From contig JAZKDQ010000013.1 in the NCBI GenBank assembly GCA_040387495.1, positions 21,289 through 85,288 on the forward strand: a stretch of DNA of 64,000 bases. The letters are read 5' to 3'. The translations under genes were made by a program, and so were the position numbers. This DNA comes from Pseudomonadota bacterium. GTDB taxonomy: Bacteria > Pseudomonadota > Alphaproteobacteria > Paracaedibacterales > CAIOTO01. The notes beneath the pieces were generated by a model, which was not told the origin of the DNA, searched no databases, and saw only the letters and a program-made list of their open reading frames with translations. Shown here one piece after another: positions 48,505 through 58,250 of this stretch (the first letter of the stretch is position 1; each line of letters opens with the position of its first letter).

Positions 48505-49353
48505 ATGAAAGAAATAATACGTGTAATAATTATATTGAATAGTCTTATCCTTGGTGCACGCAGTATGGGTGATCCTCCTCCGCTTGAGACACCACGCATA
48601 ACAGCCAATTTCAGTTTGTCTGTACTAGCATTTATGGAAACATTTCCTCACCAAACCAAGGGAATTTTAGTGCAGAAACTTAATCAAGAAGAAGATGCCC
48701 CAAGAACGTTCCCCTTTTATTCTCCTCCGCCTTGCAATCCAGAAATTCCCGATGAACTTATCGAATTATCAAAAAAACTAAATACAAAAACCCAGCAACA
48801 TTTTACAGAATATTTATCAGAAACTCTCCCCACAGATCACTTTCTTATGCAAGTCAGCGAAAGCGTATTATCCAATTCACTAATTGAGACTTTAAATTCC
48901 TCTCTCGCACAATTCGTGCTACTCATCACAACCGACAAAACAACTAACTTGAATCGTTTTATAAAGATTATTCAAAGACTTGATCCGCGAATTAGGGTGG
49001 GATTAAGTGATCGCACAGCAAGAAGAATTGATGCCACTAGCATCAATAAATTACTTGCCCAACCAATCTCTTCCAAGCTTTATTATTTAGCATTGCATCA
49101 CATAGAAGACGAAACCTCACAAAAAATTGCAGCATGCGAATATCTTAAGAACCTTGTTGGATTAACTGTCGAAAGAAGCTACGTGACCGAGAATGGAATA
49201 CTCGCTTTTGGAGAGTCACCTAATTTACCCAGCCTAAAAATATTTTCAGTTGATCTCACCGCTTTATTGCGCATAACACAAAGTGATTTTACTATGCGCA
49301 TGGCACCGTTTCAGTATCGATTACATCGTTATGAATGGGTCGGTCGAATATAA
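48505..49353 (+). CDS. Secreted LRR-like protein; paralogue of 35742-36641
   Basis: 282-aa ORF with leader MKEIIRVIIILNSLILGARS. The segment FVLLITTDKTTNLNRFIKIIQRLDPRIRVGLSDRTARRIDATSINKLL...LYYLALHHIEDETSQKIAACEYLKNLVGLTV is collinear with 35742-36641. Confidence 0.6.
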   Translation: MKEIIRVIIILNSLILGARSMGDPPPLETPRITANFSLSVLAFMETFPHQTKGILVQKLNQEEDAPRTFPFYSPPPCNPEIPDELIELSKKLNTKTQQHFTEYLSETLPTDHFLMQVSESVLSNSLIETLNSSLAQFVLLITTDKTTNLNRFIKIIQRLDPRIRVGLSDRTARRIDATSINKLLAQPISSKLYYLALHHIEDETSQKIAACEYLKNLVGLTVERSYVTENGILAFGESPNLPSLKIFSVDLTALLRITQSDFTMRMAPFQYRLHRYEWVGRI

Positions 49354-49360
49354 AATGTTA

Positions 49361-51790
49361 TTACTTACTCAACACTTTCTGCGACGTCGTTGATTGAACC
49401 GTTGCCGGCAGCATCGGAATTGTACAGCGTACTTTTGTACCATGATTGACTTCTGATTCAAGTGCAAGCTGCCCATTATGCAGCTCTACTAAACTTTTTG
49501 CGAGTGTCAGTCCAAGACCCGCAGCGCCTGATTGCCCTGTTAGATTGAGTAAGCTTTGCTGGAACAGACGTGATTGATCTTCAGTAGAAATACCGATACC
49601 GGTATCTTCAACAATAATGTCGATGGCACCATTTGTTTTACTTTTATAGGCACCAAGCGTGATCCGCCCACCATTAGGGGTAAATTTTATCGCATTAGTC
49701 AACAAATTGAATAATCCATGTTTTAAGCGCCTCAGATCAATACGCAAAACATCGGATGCCACTTGGTTTTCCACAACAAGCTCAAGTCCTTGATCATTTG
49801 CACGGTTTTGCACGAGAACAAGCACACTGCCAAGCAGATGTTCAACTTGCACATCTTGATAATTCAAACTAATTTTCCCAGATTCAATGCTCGCTAAGTC
49901 AACCATGTCATTAATCAAATTCATTAAACGATCGGTGGATTCAGAAATACCTTTACAATAATCCAGTTGTTTCTCATTGAGTTTGCCAAAATATTGATTA
50001 AGCAGAATTTCGCTAAAACCAGCAATAGTGTTCAGTGGCGACCTTAATTCATACGACACATGTGAAATAAAATCAGATTTCAGACGATCTTCGCGTTCTA
50101 GCGTTTGGTTGCGCTCTTTAAGCGATCGTTCGAATCTCCATGTATCACTAATATCGATAAAGCTCAGTAGGTGGCTACCATCAGGTAAAGGCACGTAAGA
50201 ATATTCCAACATCTTATCTTTTTTGAGGCTAATACGTTGACGCTCAGGATTACGCCTTGAAATCACATCAAGCATTTTAGTGCGCCATGATTTGCTTTGG
50301 CGGGAATCTTTAAACTGACGCGAAACCACTTTTAAAATCTCATTAATATGAATCCCAACAGTGCGGTCATGTGGTTTCAATCCCCAAATATATTCCATTG
50401 CTGGATTTGATAAGCGCAATCGATAATCTATGCCAAACACAATAATACCTTCATAAAGGTGATCAATTGTTTCTTTTTGAACGGCTGTTAGCGTATTGTA
50501 ACGACGCTCCAATGCAAGCTTATCGGTAATGTTGTCATATAAATAAACAAGTCCACCCGTTGGCGTAGGTGCGATAACCAAACGACAAGTGACGCCATCA
50601 GGTTGATGCATGATTTCATGAAGTGGTTCCATGAGTGTATTAAATAATTCAATACGGCCACGTTTGTGTGCTTGAAAATTAGTGTATTCTGGCATCTTAC
50701 GTTTTTCACGCAAGTGCTCCATGATTTCACCAACTGTCGGTTTTGTAAGCAACCAATTTTCATCATGCTCAAACATAGTACGATATGCACTATTAAAAAA
50801 TTCAAGCCGCATATCAGAACCATAAACAGCAAGTGGCGTTGACAGGTAATTAAATACTTCAGCATTTGATTGTTGTGCCTGATATTTTTCTTTCTCAATC
50901 TCTTCGATTTCAGTTATATCAATGGCATAGCCAACCGTTTGTGATGAATCAGGAATTGGAATTTCAGCAAGTTCAAGAAAACGTCTTTCCCCAGCAATCA
51001 CAATATGCGTACGAATGCTGACTTTTTCTTTTCTCTGCAAAGCCCTCCTTGATAATTCATATGTACTAACTTCGCCATAACGATCCACGAGTTCACGGTT
51101 TTCCGCGATCACTCTGCTTATAGTTGTGTCAAGGGCACCTGCATACGCTAAATTACAGTATTGAATACGCCCATTATCATTGCGATACCACAAAGCCATA
51201 GGCGACACATCAGTTAGAATACGCAGCATTTCTAATTCATAATTTTTTGTTTGCTGCATAATATTAGATTTTGATTGCTCATTCAAACGCTTACTAATAT
51301 CACGAAAGCTAAGAATAACCATCTGTTGTGGCCCTAAAGACTTGCGATACAAACCAGGCGTGGGTGGTGGATCATATGGGACGCAACATCCATAAACTTC
51401 AAAATATTGATTGTCATCAAAAACATTGATTTCTAACGTGAAATTACCACCAAAAGATATAATATGCTGAAGTGCACGCTGAAATGGAGAGAGCGCAGAT
51501 TCACCAAAAATTTTCGCTACATCATGAACCTGAAAATGATAAATAGGATCAATTCGAAATTGATTTTTAAAAATATAAGATGTATTTACTGTTGTCTCGC
51601 CATCAATCCAGCAACACCAAGGCTGAGGCAATGCTTCAAGTATATTTTGACTTTGCAAAACATCAAGATTAAGTCGGTGATTTTCGAGCGATAGGCGCCA
51701 ATAGGCCTTATAATAATATGACGCAACACTTGCCATGACAATGGTCAAGCAAATTATTAGGACAAGTGCAATTATTAGTCCGTGCATCAT
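49361..51790 (-). CDS. Membrane-anchored PAS-domain sensor histidine kinase (PleC/DivJ-like); no adjacent response regulator
   Basis: 809-aa ORF with an N-terminal TM helix, several PAS-like segments, the H-box SHVSYELRSPLNTI, the N-box LLTNAIKFTPNGG, G1 EDTGIGIS and G2 GAAGLGLTLAK. Confidence 0.9.
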   Translation of the reverse strand: MMHGLIIALVLIICLTIVMASVASYYYKAYWRLSLENHRLNLDVLQSQNILEALPQPWCCWIDGETTVNTSYIFKNQFRIDPIYHFQVHDVAKIFGESALSPFQRALQHIISFGGNFTLEINVFDDNQYFEVYGCCVPYDPPPTPGLYRKSLGPQQMVILSFRDISKRLNEQSKSNIMQQTKNYELEMLRILTDVSPMALWYRNDNGRIQYCNLAYAGALDTTISRVIAENRELVDRYGEVSTYELSRRALQRKEKVSIRTHIVIAGERRFLELAEIPIPDSSQTVGYAIDITEIEEIEKEKYQAQQSNAEVFNYLSTPLAVYGSDMRLEFFNSAYRTMFEHDENWLLTKPTVGEIMEHLREKRKMPEYTNFQAHKRGRIELFNTLMEPLHEIMHQPDGVTCRLVIAPTPTGGLVYLYDNITDKLALERRYNTLTAVQKETIDHLYEGIIVFGIDYRLRLSNPAMEYIWGLKPHDRTVGIHINEILKVVSRQFKDSRQSKSWRTKMLDVISRRNPERQRISLKKDKMLEYSYVPLPDGSHLLSFIDISDTWRFERSLKERNQTLEREDRLKSDFISHVSYELRSPLNTIAGFSEILLNQYFGKLNEKQLDYCKGISESTDRLMNLINDMVDLASIESGKISLNYQDVQVEHLLGSVLVLVQNRANDQGLELVVENQVASDVLRIDLRRLKHGLFNLLTNAIKFTPNGGRITLGAYKSKTNGAIDIIVEDTGIGISTEDQSRLFQQSLLNLTGQSGAAGLGLTLAKSLVELHNGQLALESEVNHGTKVRCTIPMLPATVQSTTSQKVLSK

Positions 51791-51870
51791 TTAATAAAAC
51801 TAAGACTCTCTAACAAAATTCTAGTCTTGTTTCGAAAGTGAAAGCAACGCTAATTCCTAATATCTACTTC

Positions 51871-53130
51871 TTATGCAGCTCTTAAGTGGTCTTTTTTATA
51901 TATTAGTTCGCTCTTTTTAGGCAATAACTTTAACGATACCATGAAGATTAATGCATAGCTAACAATTAAGAAAGCAGGTGCATATAGATTTTGAGTTTGC
52001 ATAATGGTATATGTCAGCAGCATTGCCGTTGTGCCACCCGTGATTGCCATACCTAAACAAAAACCGAACGCAATGGCTCGGTATCTAATTTGCACAGGGA
52101 AGAGTGACTGCAAGAAAAAGTGATTTGTACTAATAAAACTACCGACAGCAATTCCCAATAAAATCTGTCCTGCTAAAACAGGAATAAGTTGCCCTTGCAT
52201 TAATAAATAAAAAGCTGGAAAAGCAATGATACTCGCAAGACAGGCTGAATAAATAATTGATTTTTTTTCACCCCATCGATCTGAAAGTGCACCAAAGACA
52301 ACACATGCAAGTCCAAAAGCCACAAGCCCAACGGCATTACACCAAATGCCTTTTAGCCCATGAAACCCGACGAACTTTGTCATATACACATTAAGAAAAC
52401 CAAACAAGGTATACGATAATGCGCCATTAAGAGCGCCAACACTAATGGCGACAATAAACTGGTTGATGTATTTCTCATATGAGAAACTAACGTGCTCTTG
52501 CTGTGTGTATTGTTTGTATTTCATAAATTCCATTGTTTCAAACGTATAACGGCGTAGATAATAACCCATCACACTAATAAGGGCACCAAACAAGAAAGGC
52601 ACCCGCCAAAACCATGTTGGCGCACCATCATACAAGAAAATCCCGCCTAAAATAGTGGCACTTAACGCACCAACCACACAGGAACTTGAAATAAGACCGC
52701 TTACAAAACCAGGGCGATCCTTTTGCACATGCTCGAGCGCAAAAATTGCAGCCCCATTATATTCGCCGCCTGCACATAACCCCTGGAGAAGACGACATGC
52801 AATAAGTGTGAGTGGTGCAAATATCCCAATATTTTCATAGGATGGTAAAATACCAATTACAAACGTTGGAATTCCCATTAAAAAGACTGTCATCGATAAA
52901 ATTCTCTTACGGCCATATTTATCGCCCAGATAACCAAACAGAAGCGCACCAATTGGGCGTGTATAAAAGGCTGCGGAGAATGCAAAAAGGCCGGCAAGAA
53001 TAGATAAGTTAGAATTTGTTGACGGAAAAAATACGCTTGATAGTGTCATCATAAAAACACCACATAACATAAAATCAAAAAATTCAAGCGCATTACCAAC
53101 AAAACTTGAAATGATAATTTTCTTATTCAT
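51871..53130 (-). CDS. MFS transporter (ProP-like family)
   Basis: 419-aa ORF with ~12 TM segments. It has GNALEFFDF, GYLGDKYGRKRIL and RLLQGLCAGGE. Confidence 0.85.
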   Translation of the reverse strand: MNKKIIISSFVGNALEFFDFMLCGVFMMTLSSVFFPSTNSNLSILAGLFAFSAAFYTRPIGALLFGYLGDKYGRKRILSMTVFLMGIPTFVIGILPSYENIGIFAPLTLIACRLLQGLCAGGEYNGAAIFALEHVQKDRPGFVSGLISSSCVVGALSATILGGIFLYDGAPTWFWRVPFLFGALISVMGYYLRRYTFETMEFMKYKQYTQQEHVSFSYEKYINQFIVAISVGALNGALSYTLFGFLNVYMTKFVGFHGLKGIWCNAVGLVAFGLACVVFGALSDRWGEKKSIIYSACLASIIAFPAFYLLMQGQLIPVLAGQILLGIAVGSFISTNHFFLQSLFPVQIRYRAIAFGFCLGMAITGGTTAMLLTYTIMQTQNLYAPAFLIVSYALIFMVSLKLLPKKSELIYKKDHLRAA

Positions 53131-53289
53131 ATATTTCCTTCAGTGTGCACATATTAGAAAAAACAAAATATTATGAATGTACCATTACCACTCAAATGAG
53201 ATTCGATCAATCACTTTCTACTTTTAATCTAACTATCTTATCAAGAGCAGCTTTCTTTTAAAGAATTTGCGTACTCTTACTTTTTATGT

Positions 53290-53700
53290 TCATTTTGAAC
53301 AAAAGAACAATGAGGAGCTTTTTAAGTTCTGCAGTGGGAAAATAGAACCAAATATGATGGTAGATCGCATCTCACTTACGCGGTTAGACGCAGTGCGCGT
53401 ACTTCGATCATCTATACGCATCATCATTGAACGCAGAACTTTAATTTGATTATTAATACCTTCAATCACAGGCATCGGTTTGCTTAATCTTGATTCACTT
53501 GGCATCTTCTTATTTTCACAAATGGATTTAATCTGCATCGTACACCTTAAGTTATTGGATGGTTTACCATGAACACACTAGAATGGCACCGCATATGCTG
53601 CAATGCGTATATAAAGTACTTTTTCGCCTGGATTTCTAAAAATAGCCAGCGGTGAATTAACCAAAAAGCTATTTACTATAGAGGCAGGCGACATTCTTTT
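53290..53700 (-). pseudogene. Possible ISL3-family transposase C-terminal remnant
   Basis: The ORF 53290-53538 contains PVIEGINNQIKVLRSMMMRIDD, which resembles the ISL3 C-terminal (T/N)xxxEGxNNKIKxxKRxxYGFRD motif. Upstream frames are broken. The call rests on a short motif only. Confidence 0.35.
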
Positions 53701-54222
53701 TAAATTTTAATCTCTTTTATTCTTATATTTAATAATTAAATTTAAGATGAAATGATTATCGCAATTCAACTTTAAATAGACATAGAAATAATGTATAAAT
53801 TGTTTATTCCTACAATTACATGAAAATAATTAAAAAGGAAAACAGATCCTCTTAGGGGCAAGCCAAATTATTCACATGATAAACATAAAGAATCTTACTT
53901 TAAAATGAATGAAGTGGCTCCCAAAATAGGTTCAATGAAAAATAATTAGCAAAGCTATATATTGCTATATTTTAAGAATGTTAATCCTACCTGAATTGAA
54001 GATGCTGAGACTGTAAATTTCAAAATTTAGAACACGAAAAAACTTAGGTTATTTCAATAAAAATCGTTTTGAGTTATATATTTTATGATATCTATGCGTG
54101 GAAAAGCACACATATATTCTCCGTTCCTCATCAACCAGTTCGTTTTTCGCCTCTTTATAAGAGCGCAATACGAGAGCATTCCTAAAACTGGCAATAACAA
54201 CTTATTATTACGGGGAAAATAA

Positions 54223-54615
54223 ATGGAAAATAATATCTATATGCATGACTTTGACTGCTTCTATGTTTTCAAAAATGTAATTCAAAGTAAGCTTAAGGAA
54301 GCTCAGCAGCACTTAAAAAAGCTGGAAATATATAAAACACATCCAGAACTGTTTAGCACACATTTGCTCAATGAAATTTTGTATATTCATGAAGAACAAA
54401 GTGATTTTATTACGATTGCATACAAACAGTGCAATGTGTGGCGCACTCAATCTCTTCTCTTAAACCAAATAGAAAAAATTAATGGATTAGAAGAAATCAT
54501 AAAAAAGTTAGAAACGACCATCTATCATATTCTCTTCATTATTGAGCATATTCAAAGAAATAAAGATACTTTACCACATGATAAAATGGAAGAAATATTA
54601 AACATTGATAACTAA
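54223..54615 (+). CDS. Hypothetical protein (helical, no leader)
   Basis: 130-aa ORF in an AT-rich islet. No family was recognised. Confidence 0.4.
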   Translation: MENNIYMHDFDCFYVFKNVIQSKLKEAQQHLKKLEIYKTHPELFSTHLLNEILYIHEEQSDFITIAYKQCNVWRTQSLLLNQIEKINGLEEIIKKLETTIYHILFIIEHIQRNKDTLPHDKMEEILNIDN

Positions 54616-54703
54616 GAAATAATTATACATTTATCATCCCAAGGGCTACTAGCCACATCTAAGAGATTATGGCAGTGCCCAAGAGTGATAAATAATTTAA
54701 ATC

Positions 54704-55165
54704 TTACGCTGCTTTATTAAGCTTTGTTTTCTTACGGCCACTTTTACCAAGACCTGTATTGCGTGCAATCGCGCTACGACGACGTGCATAGCTTGGTGAT
54801 ACCATTGGATAATCATGTGGCAAACTCCAACGTTCTCTGTATTGATCCAACGTCATGCCATACATTGTGCTTAGGTGGCGTTTTAACATTTGAAGTTGCT
54901 TACCATCTTCTAGGCATACAATGTAATCATCAAAAACTGATTCGTTAATAGGAACAGCAGGGTCTTTACGTGGTTTTGATGTCAATACATGTGGATTGTT
55001 TTCAATTGCCGAGAGTGTCTGATAAACACGACTAATCACAGCCGGAATCTCTTCCAGTGGTGTTTGGTGGCTCGCAATGTACGCTGAAACAATACGGCTT
55101 ACGTGCGCCAAAAGGCTCGTTGTTTTCTCGGGTGTTGTATTCATAGTGTAAATCCTATCTTTCAT
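54704..55165 (-). CDS. MucR/Ros-family transcriptional regulator (variant zinc site)
   Basis: The C-terminal core is DDYIVCLEDGKQLQMLKRHLSTMYGMTLDQYRERWSLPHDYPMVSPSYARRRSAIARNTGLG. This matches the Ros/MucR domain (..VCLECG..K.LKRHL..HH....EYR.KW.LP.DYPMVAP.Y). The start may be the internal MNTTPEK. Confidence 0.9.
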   Translation of the reverse strand: MKDRIYTMNTTPEKTTSLLAHVSRIVSAYIASHQTPLEEIPAVISRVYQTLSAIENNPHVLTSKPRKDPAVPINESVFDDYIVCLEDGKQLQMLKRHLSTMYGMTLDQYRERWSLPHDYPMVSPSYARRRSAIARNTGLGKSGRKKTKLNKAA

Positions 55166-55431
55166 AGAAAAAGTATCTTATGTTAATATTTTATATATAA
55201 AGGGGAAAATCTAAAAAAGCAATACTCATTTGAAAGAGAAAGTAACGATAAAGAAAAATCTTATTGTTTTCGGGACAACATTTAATCCAATAAATGCACC
55301 AATCTCATTTATGAAACATTTTTCAGAGCATAGGGGTTATTTTTAGCCCATTTTACTTACATATTTTTCATCGTATTACAATAATCTTACATCTTGAAAT
55401 CAAATTTACAAGCAAATGACATGCGAACGAT

Positions 55432-55461
55432 TTGACATCAAGCTTGCAAATGATTTACAAC
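55432..55461 (+). promoter_or_regulatory. Candidate sigma-70-type promoter for 55511-56326
   Basis: TTGACA at 55432-55437, then an 18-nt spacer and TACAAC at 55456-55461. It is flanked by repeated GCAAATGA and ATTTACAA words. Confidence 0.3.
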
Positions 55462-55510
55462 TAGATTCAGAATAAAAAGACCTTAACATTACGCAGGCAT
55501 CGAAACTATT

Positions 55511-56326
55511 ATGGCACCTCACCAAACAAAATCAATTCCTGAAGCTTTATTGAAGCTTAAAGCTGCACTTGAAGAAGGCAAACGGGACGGTGTACCCTCT
55601 ACATCTAAAGACAAAGAACCACATTCTGGGCATAATAACGTTAAAAAACCAGAATCCAAATCGCCCGCTCGTACAGAGACTTCGCCAAAATGGAAAAATA
55701 AAACAGCAAAAGAAACTTCGCCTGAAAATCACAATACATACAAAACAAATCATTCCAAACATGAAGCCGCGCCTCTCGAAAAAACAGAACATAAACCCAA
55801 GCCACATATTGAATCTAAGCCTATTCCTCTTAGCCGAAATGAGCGTGTAAAGACGGCGCTTGCTTGGCTATATGAGACTTTCCCTAACCTATTTAAAATG
55901 AATGAACGATTGCCTCTTAAAATAGGCATTACGCAAGATGTCGCTGCCTGGATTGATGCTCGAAAAAAATTAGAACAGCCTTCTGGTGATGTCGTTGAAA
56001 TTCAAACCGAAGCACAAACACCCTTCACGCCGAGCAAAACAGCTGTACGCGATGCTATCACCGTGTATACCAACACACCTCTTTACCAAAAAGCATTGCT
56101 AAACAATGACAAACGCTATGATCTAGATGGCCAAGCAGTCGGCGTCGTCGAAGAACAACAAAAAGCACATGCTGACCAACGCAATACGTTGATCGAAGCA
56201 GCGATACAGGTACAAGTTAAAAAGCGAGAAGAGCTTCGTGAAAGACGAAAAATGATTGCTGAAGCTTGGCGTACAGAAAAAGAAGCAAAAAAAGACCCTG
56301 ACCTTGCATCAGACCCTACTGCCTAA
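55511..56326 (+). CDS. ProQ/FinO-domain RNA-binding protein with a lysine-rich N-terminal region
   Basis: 271-aa ORF. RNERVKTALAWLYETFPNLFKMNERLPLKIGITQDVAAWI matches the ProQ/FinO signature (AL.WL...FP..F......PLKIGI). The ends are K/E-rich. Confidence 0.8.
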   Translation: MAPHQTKSIPEALLKLKAALEEGKRDGVPSTSKDKEPHSGHNNVKKPESKSPARTETSPKWKNKTAKETSPENHNTYKTNHSKHEAAPLEKTEHKPKPHIESKPIPLSRNERVKTALAWLYETFPNLFKMNERLPLKIGITQDVAAWIDARKKLEQPSGDVVEIQTEAQTPFTPSKTAVRDAITVYTNTPLYQKALLNNDKRYDLDGQAVGVVEEQQKAHADQRNTLIEAAIQVQVKKREELRERRKMIAEAWRTEKEAKKDPDLASDPTA

Positions 56327-56400
56327 AAAATATTTTTTGTTCCATAGCACTTGCTAAAGACGAATAAGTATCTTCACAAAATATCTGGCGTCTGGCACCA

Positions 56401-56859
56401 TTATGCCATTAGAGTGCAGAAAATATGAAAGATAGAACGTGATGAATCACATCCAAAAATTTGACCTTTCTGAATCATGCGAATGTTTTCAATGCCTGTA
56501 ATTGCAGCTAGTGCTGAGTAGAAGTTTTTAAGTCCTAACGTCGGACGTGTACGCTTTTTGATGAATCGATGGTCTTGTTCAACAATGTTGTTCAAGTATT
56601 TCACCTGCCTGATCTCCATCTCATTGCCTTCGCCAAGATCGCGATTGCACGAATCAAGAGCTGATTTATTACTTCCACTTTTATCAACGCTTACTTTCTT
56701 CGGTATTCCATATTCCTTAAATGCTTTGGTGAAAAAGGCTTTTGCCGCAATTGCATCACGTTTAGCACGCAGTAGAAAGTCAAAATTCTGGCTCTCTTTA
56801 TCAAACGGAAAAAGAGACTTCATGTACATAAAAAGAATAGTCACACTGGGTGTGAACAA
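56401..56859 (-). pseudogene. IS6-family transposase, C-terminal two-thirds only
   Basis: FDFLLRAKRDAIAAKAFFTKAF...VSVDKSGSNKSAL...IRQVKYLNNIVEQDHRFIKKRTRPTLGLKNFYSALAAITGIENIRMIQKGQ is collinear with IS26/IS6100 transposases from about residue 85. The region upstream (56860-57020) has stops in all frames. Confidence 0.85.
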
Positions 56860-57103
56860 AATCCTATAAAATAGTTGCGTAATTCATGAGAAACTTCAGG
56901 CATAAATTACTCCTGTTTTTGTCATAGGATAAATCATGATCTACTTGAATTCAATACATGCGATAAAACCTTCAGTAATGAGGGGAGGCTTACTCTCCAA
57001 CAAGGGTAAGCAATGAATTTAATGCAATGATTTTTTAACTATATATTATATGATTTCATGTTTGAATATAATTATCAATATATTTTTTAATGGACGTATT
57101 AAT

Positions 57104-57241
57104 ATGAATATATACAATATATTTTCTAGAACGATACTAGGATTATTTATTGGAATAACAAGCAGTAATTCAAGCAATGAGAAAACTGAAAATGGTAGCT
57201 CTATGAAATCGGTAAGCTCAGCAGAAAAAAAAGGGAAATAG
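57104..57241 (+). CDS. Leader-peptide ORF, probably the 5' part of 57277-58041 separated by a frameshift in an A8 tract
   Basis: MNIYNIFSRTILGLFIGITSSNSS leader. The ORF ends ...SSAEKKGK-stop immediately after A8 (57225-57232). One extra A would read ...AEKKREIAKRKDDFLFNARMGNLDKL into the next ORF. Confidence 0.45.
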   Translation: MNIYNIFSRTILGLFIGITSSNSSNEKTENGSSMKSVSSAEKKGK

Positions 57242-57276
57242 CAAAAAGAAAAGATGATTTTTTATTTAATGCAAGA

Positions 57277-58041
57277 ATGGGAAATTTAGATAAATTAAAA
57301 AATATATTGAATCAAAATAACGAAATAGAAGAAGCAGAAAAATTGAATCCAAATGATTTTGCTAAAGCTGTAGTAATTGCTATGGAGCACAATCGAGACG
57401 AAGTTATTAAGTGGTTTTTTGATCCTGAGTCCGGAATTGACCCTCAATCACTATCCAAAGTAAAAGAACTGATCTATCATTCTTTTGTTGAATTATTAGA
57501 TAAAAGTAATATTTTTGATAAACCATATAATTCTGATAATTCTTCAAAAGAACTACATAAGTCTAGGATTAAAAAATTTACAAATTTAGTAGAAAAAAAT
57601 AAAATATTAAATGAAGAATATCAGCTAGATGAAAATGAATTTTTTTATGTATGGACCAAAATTTGCGATAGAATTAACAATGCTCAGAATTTGAAATTTA
57701 TTAAATTTATTTTAAAAGATTTAAAAAATGAAACAGAAGATAGTAAACTGAATAAAAAACTTAAAAAATATCTTTATGATAAAAAAGAAATGATAAGCGA
57801 AAATCTTGATAAACAAATAACAAAGATCGAGGAAAGAAAAACTAAAAATAACGAATCTATAGCCCGTCTTGAGCAAAAAATAAGTGCAGAGAGTCCTAAC
57901 TCTAGTTACCCAGATTATAATAGACTTATGAAATCTTTAGAAGAAAATAAATCTAAAATTAAAAAATTTGATACATTAGTTAAAGACACTGTAGGCATTA
58001 AAAAATACATTGTTGGCACAGTATCAAAGTTTGGTAGTTAA
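57277..58041 (+). CDS. K/N/E-rich protein with an ankyrin-like N-terminal cap (likely continuation of 57104-57241)
   Basis: 254-aa ORF. The in-frame upstream sequence (stop-free from 57199) plus the N-terminus reads DDFLFNARMGNLDKLKNIL, which resembles an ANK capping repeat. The C-terminal half is coiled-coil-like. Extremely AT-rich. Confidence 0.6.
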   Translation: MGNLDKLKNILNQNNEIEEAEKLNPNDFAKAVVIAMEHNRDEVIKWFFDPESGIDPQSLSKVKELIYHSFVELLDKSNIFDKPYNSDNSSKELHKSRIKKFTNLVEKNKILNEEYQLDENEFFYVWTKICDRINNAQNLKFIKFILKDLKNETEDSKLNKKLKKYLYDKKEMISENLDKQITKIEERKTKNNESIARLEQKISAESPNSSYPDYNRLMKSLEENKSKIKKFDTLVKDTVGIKKYIVGTVSKFGS

Positions 58042-58250
58042 ACTTCTCTAGGCTCAGGGGCGTTATTGCACAAAATACCCTTATCAATAACTATATGAGA
58101 CCTTTGCATGACTTGATTTTTTAGAGAGAGTTTTAGGAGAACCGCAGCAGAGTATTCCAGAATACTTAATGTATTTGGGGAGCACATGCAAGATTTGACA
58201 AGAAAATCAGCTAAAAAGGCAGTCATGCAAAGATCTCTATATAAAAACAT
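58038..58250 (-). pseudogene. Possible decayed IS6 transposase N-terminal (HTH) fragment
   Basis: SILEYSAAVLLKLSLKNQVMQRSHIVIDKGILCNNAPE aligns loosely with IS6100/IS26 ILWAVRWYCRYPISYRDLEEMLAERGISVDHTTIYRWVQCYAPE (IL, S, M, I-x-V/I-D, I, APE). Identity is low and the call is supported mainly by position relative to the candidate IR. Confidence 0.3.
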
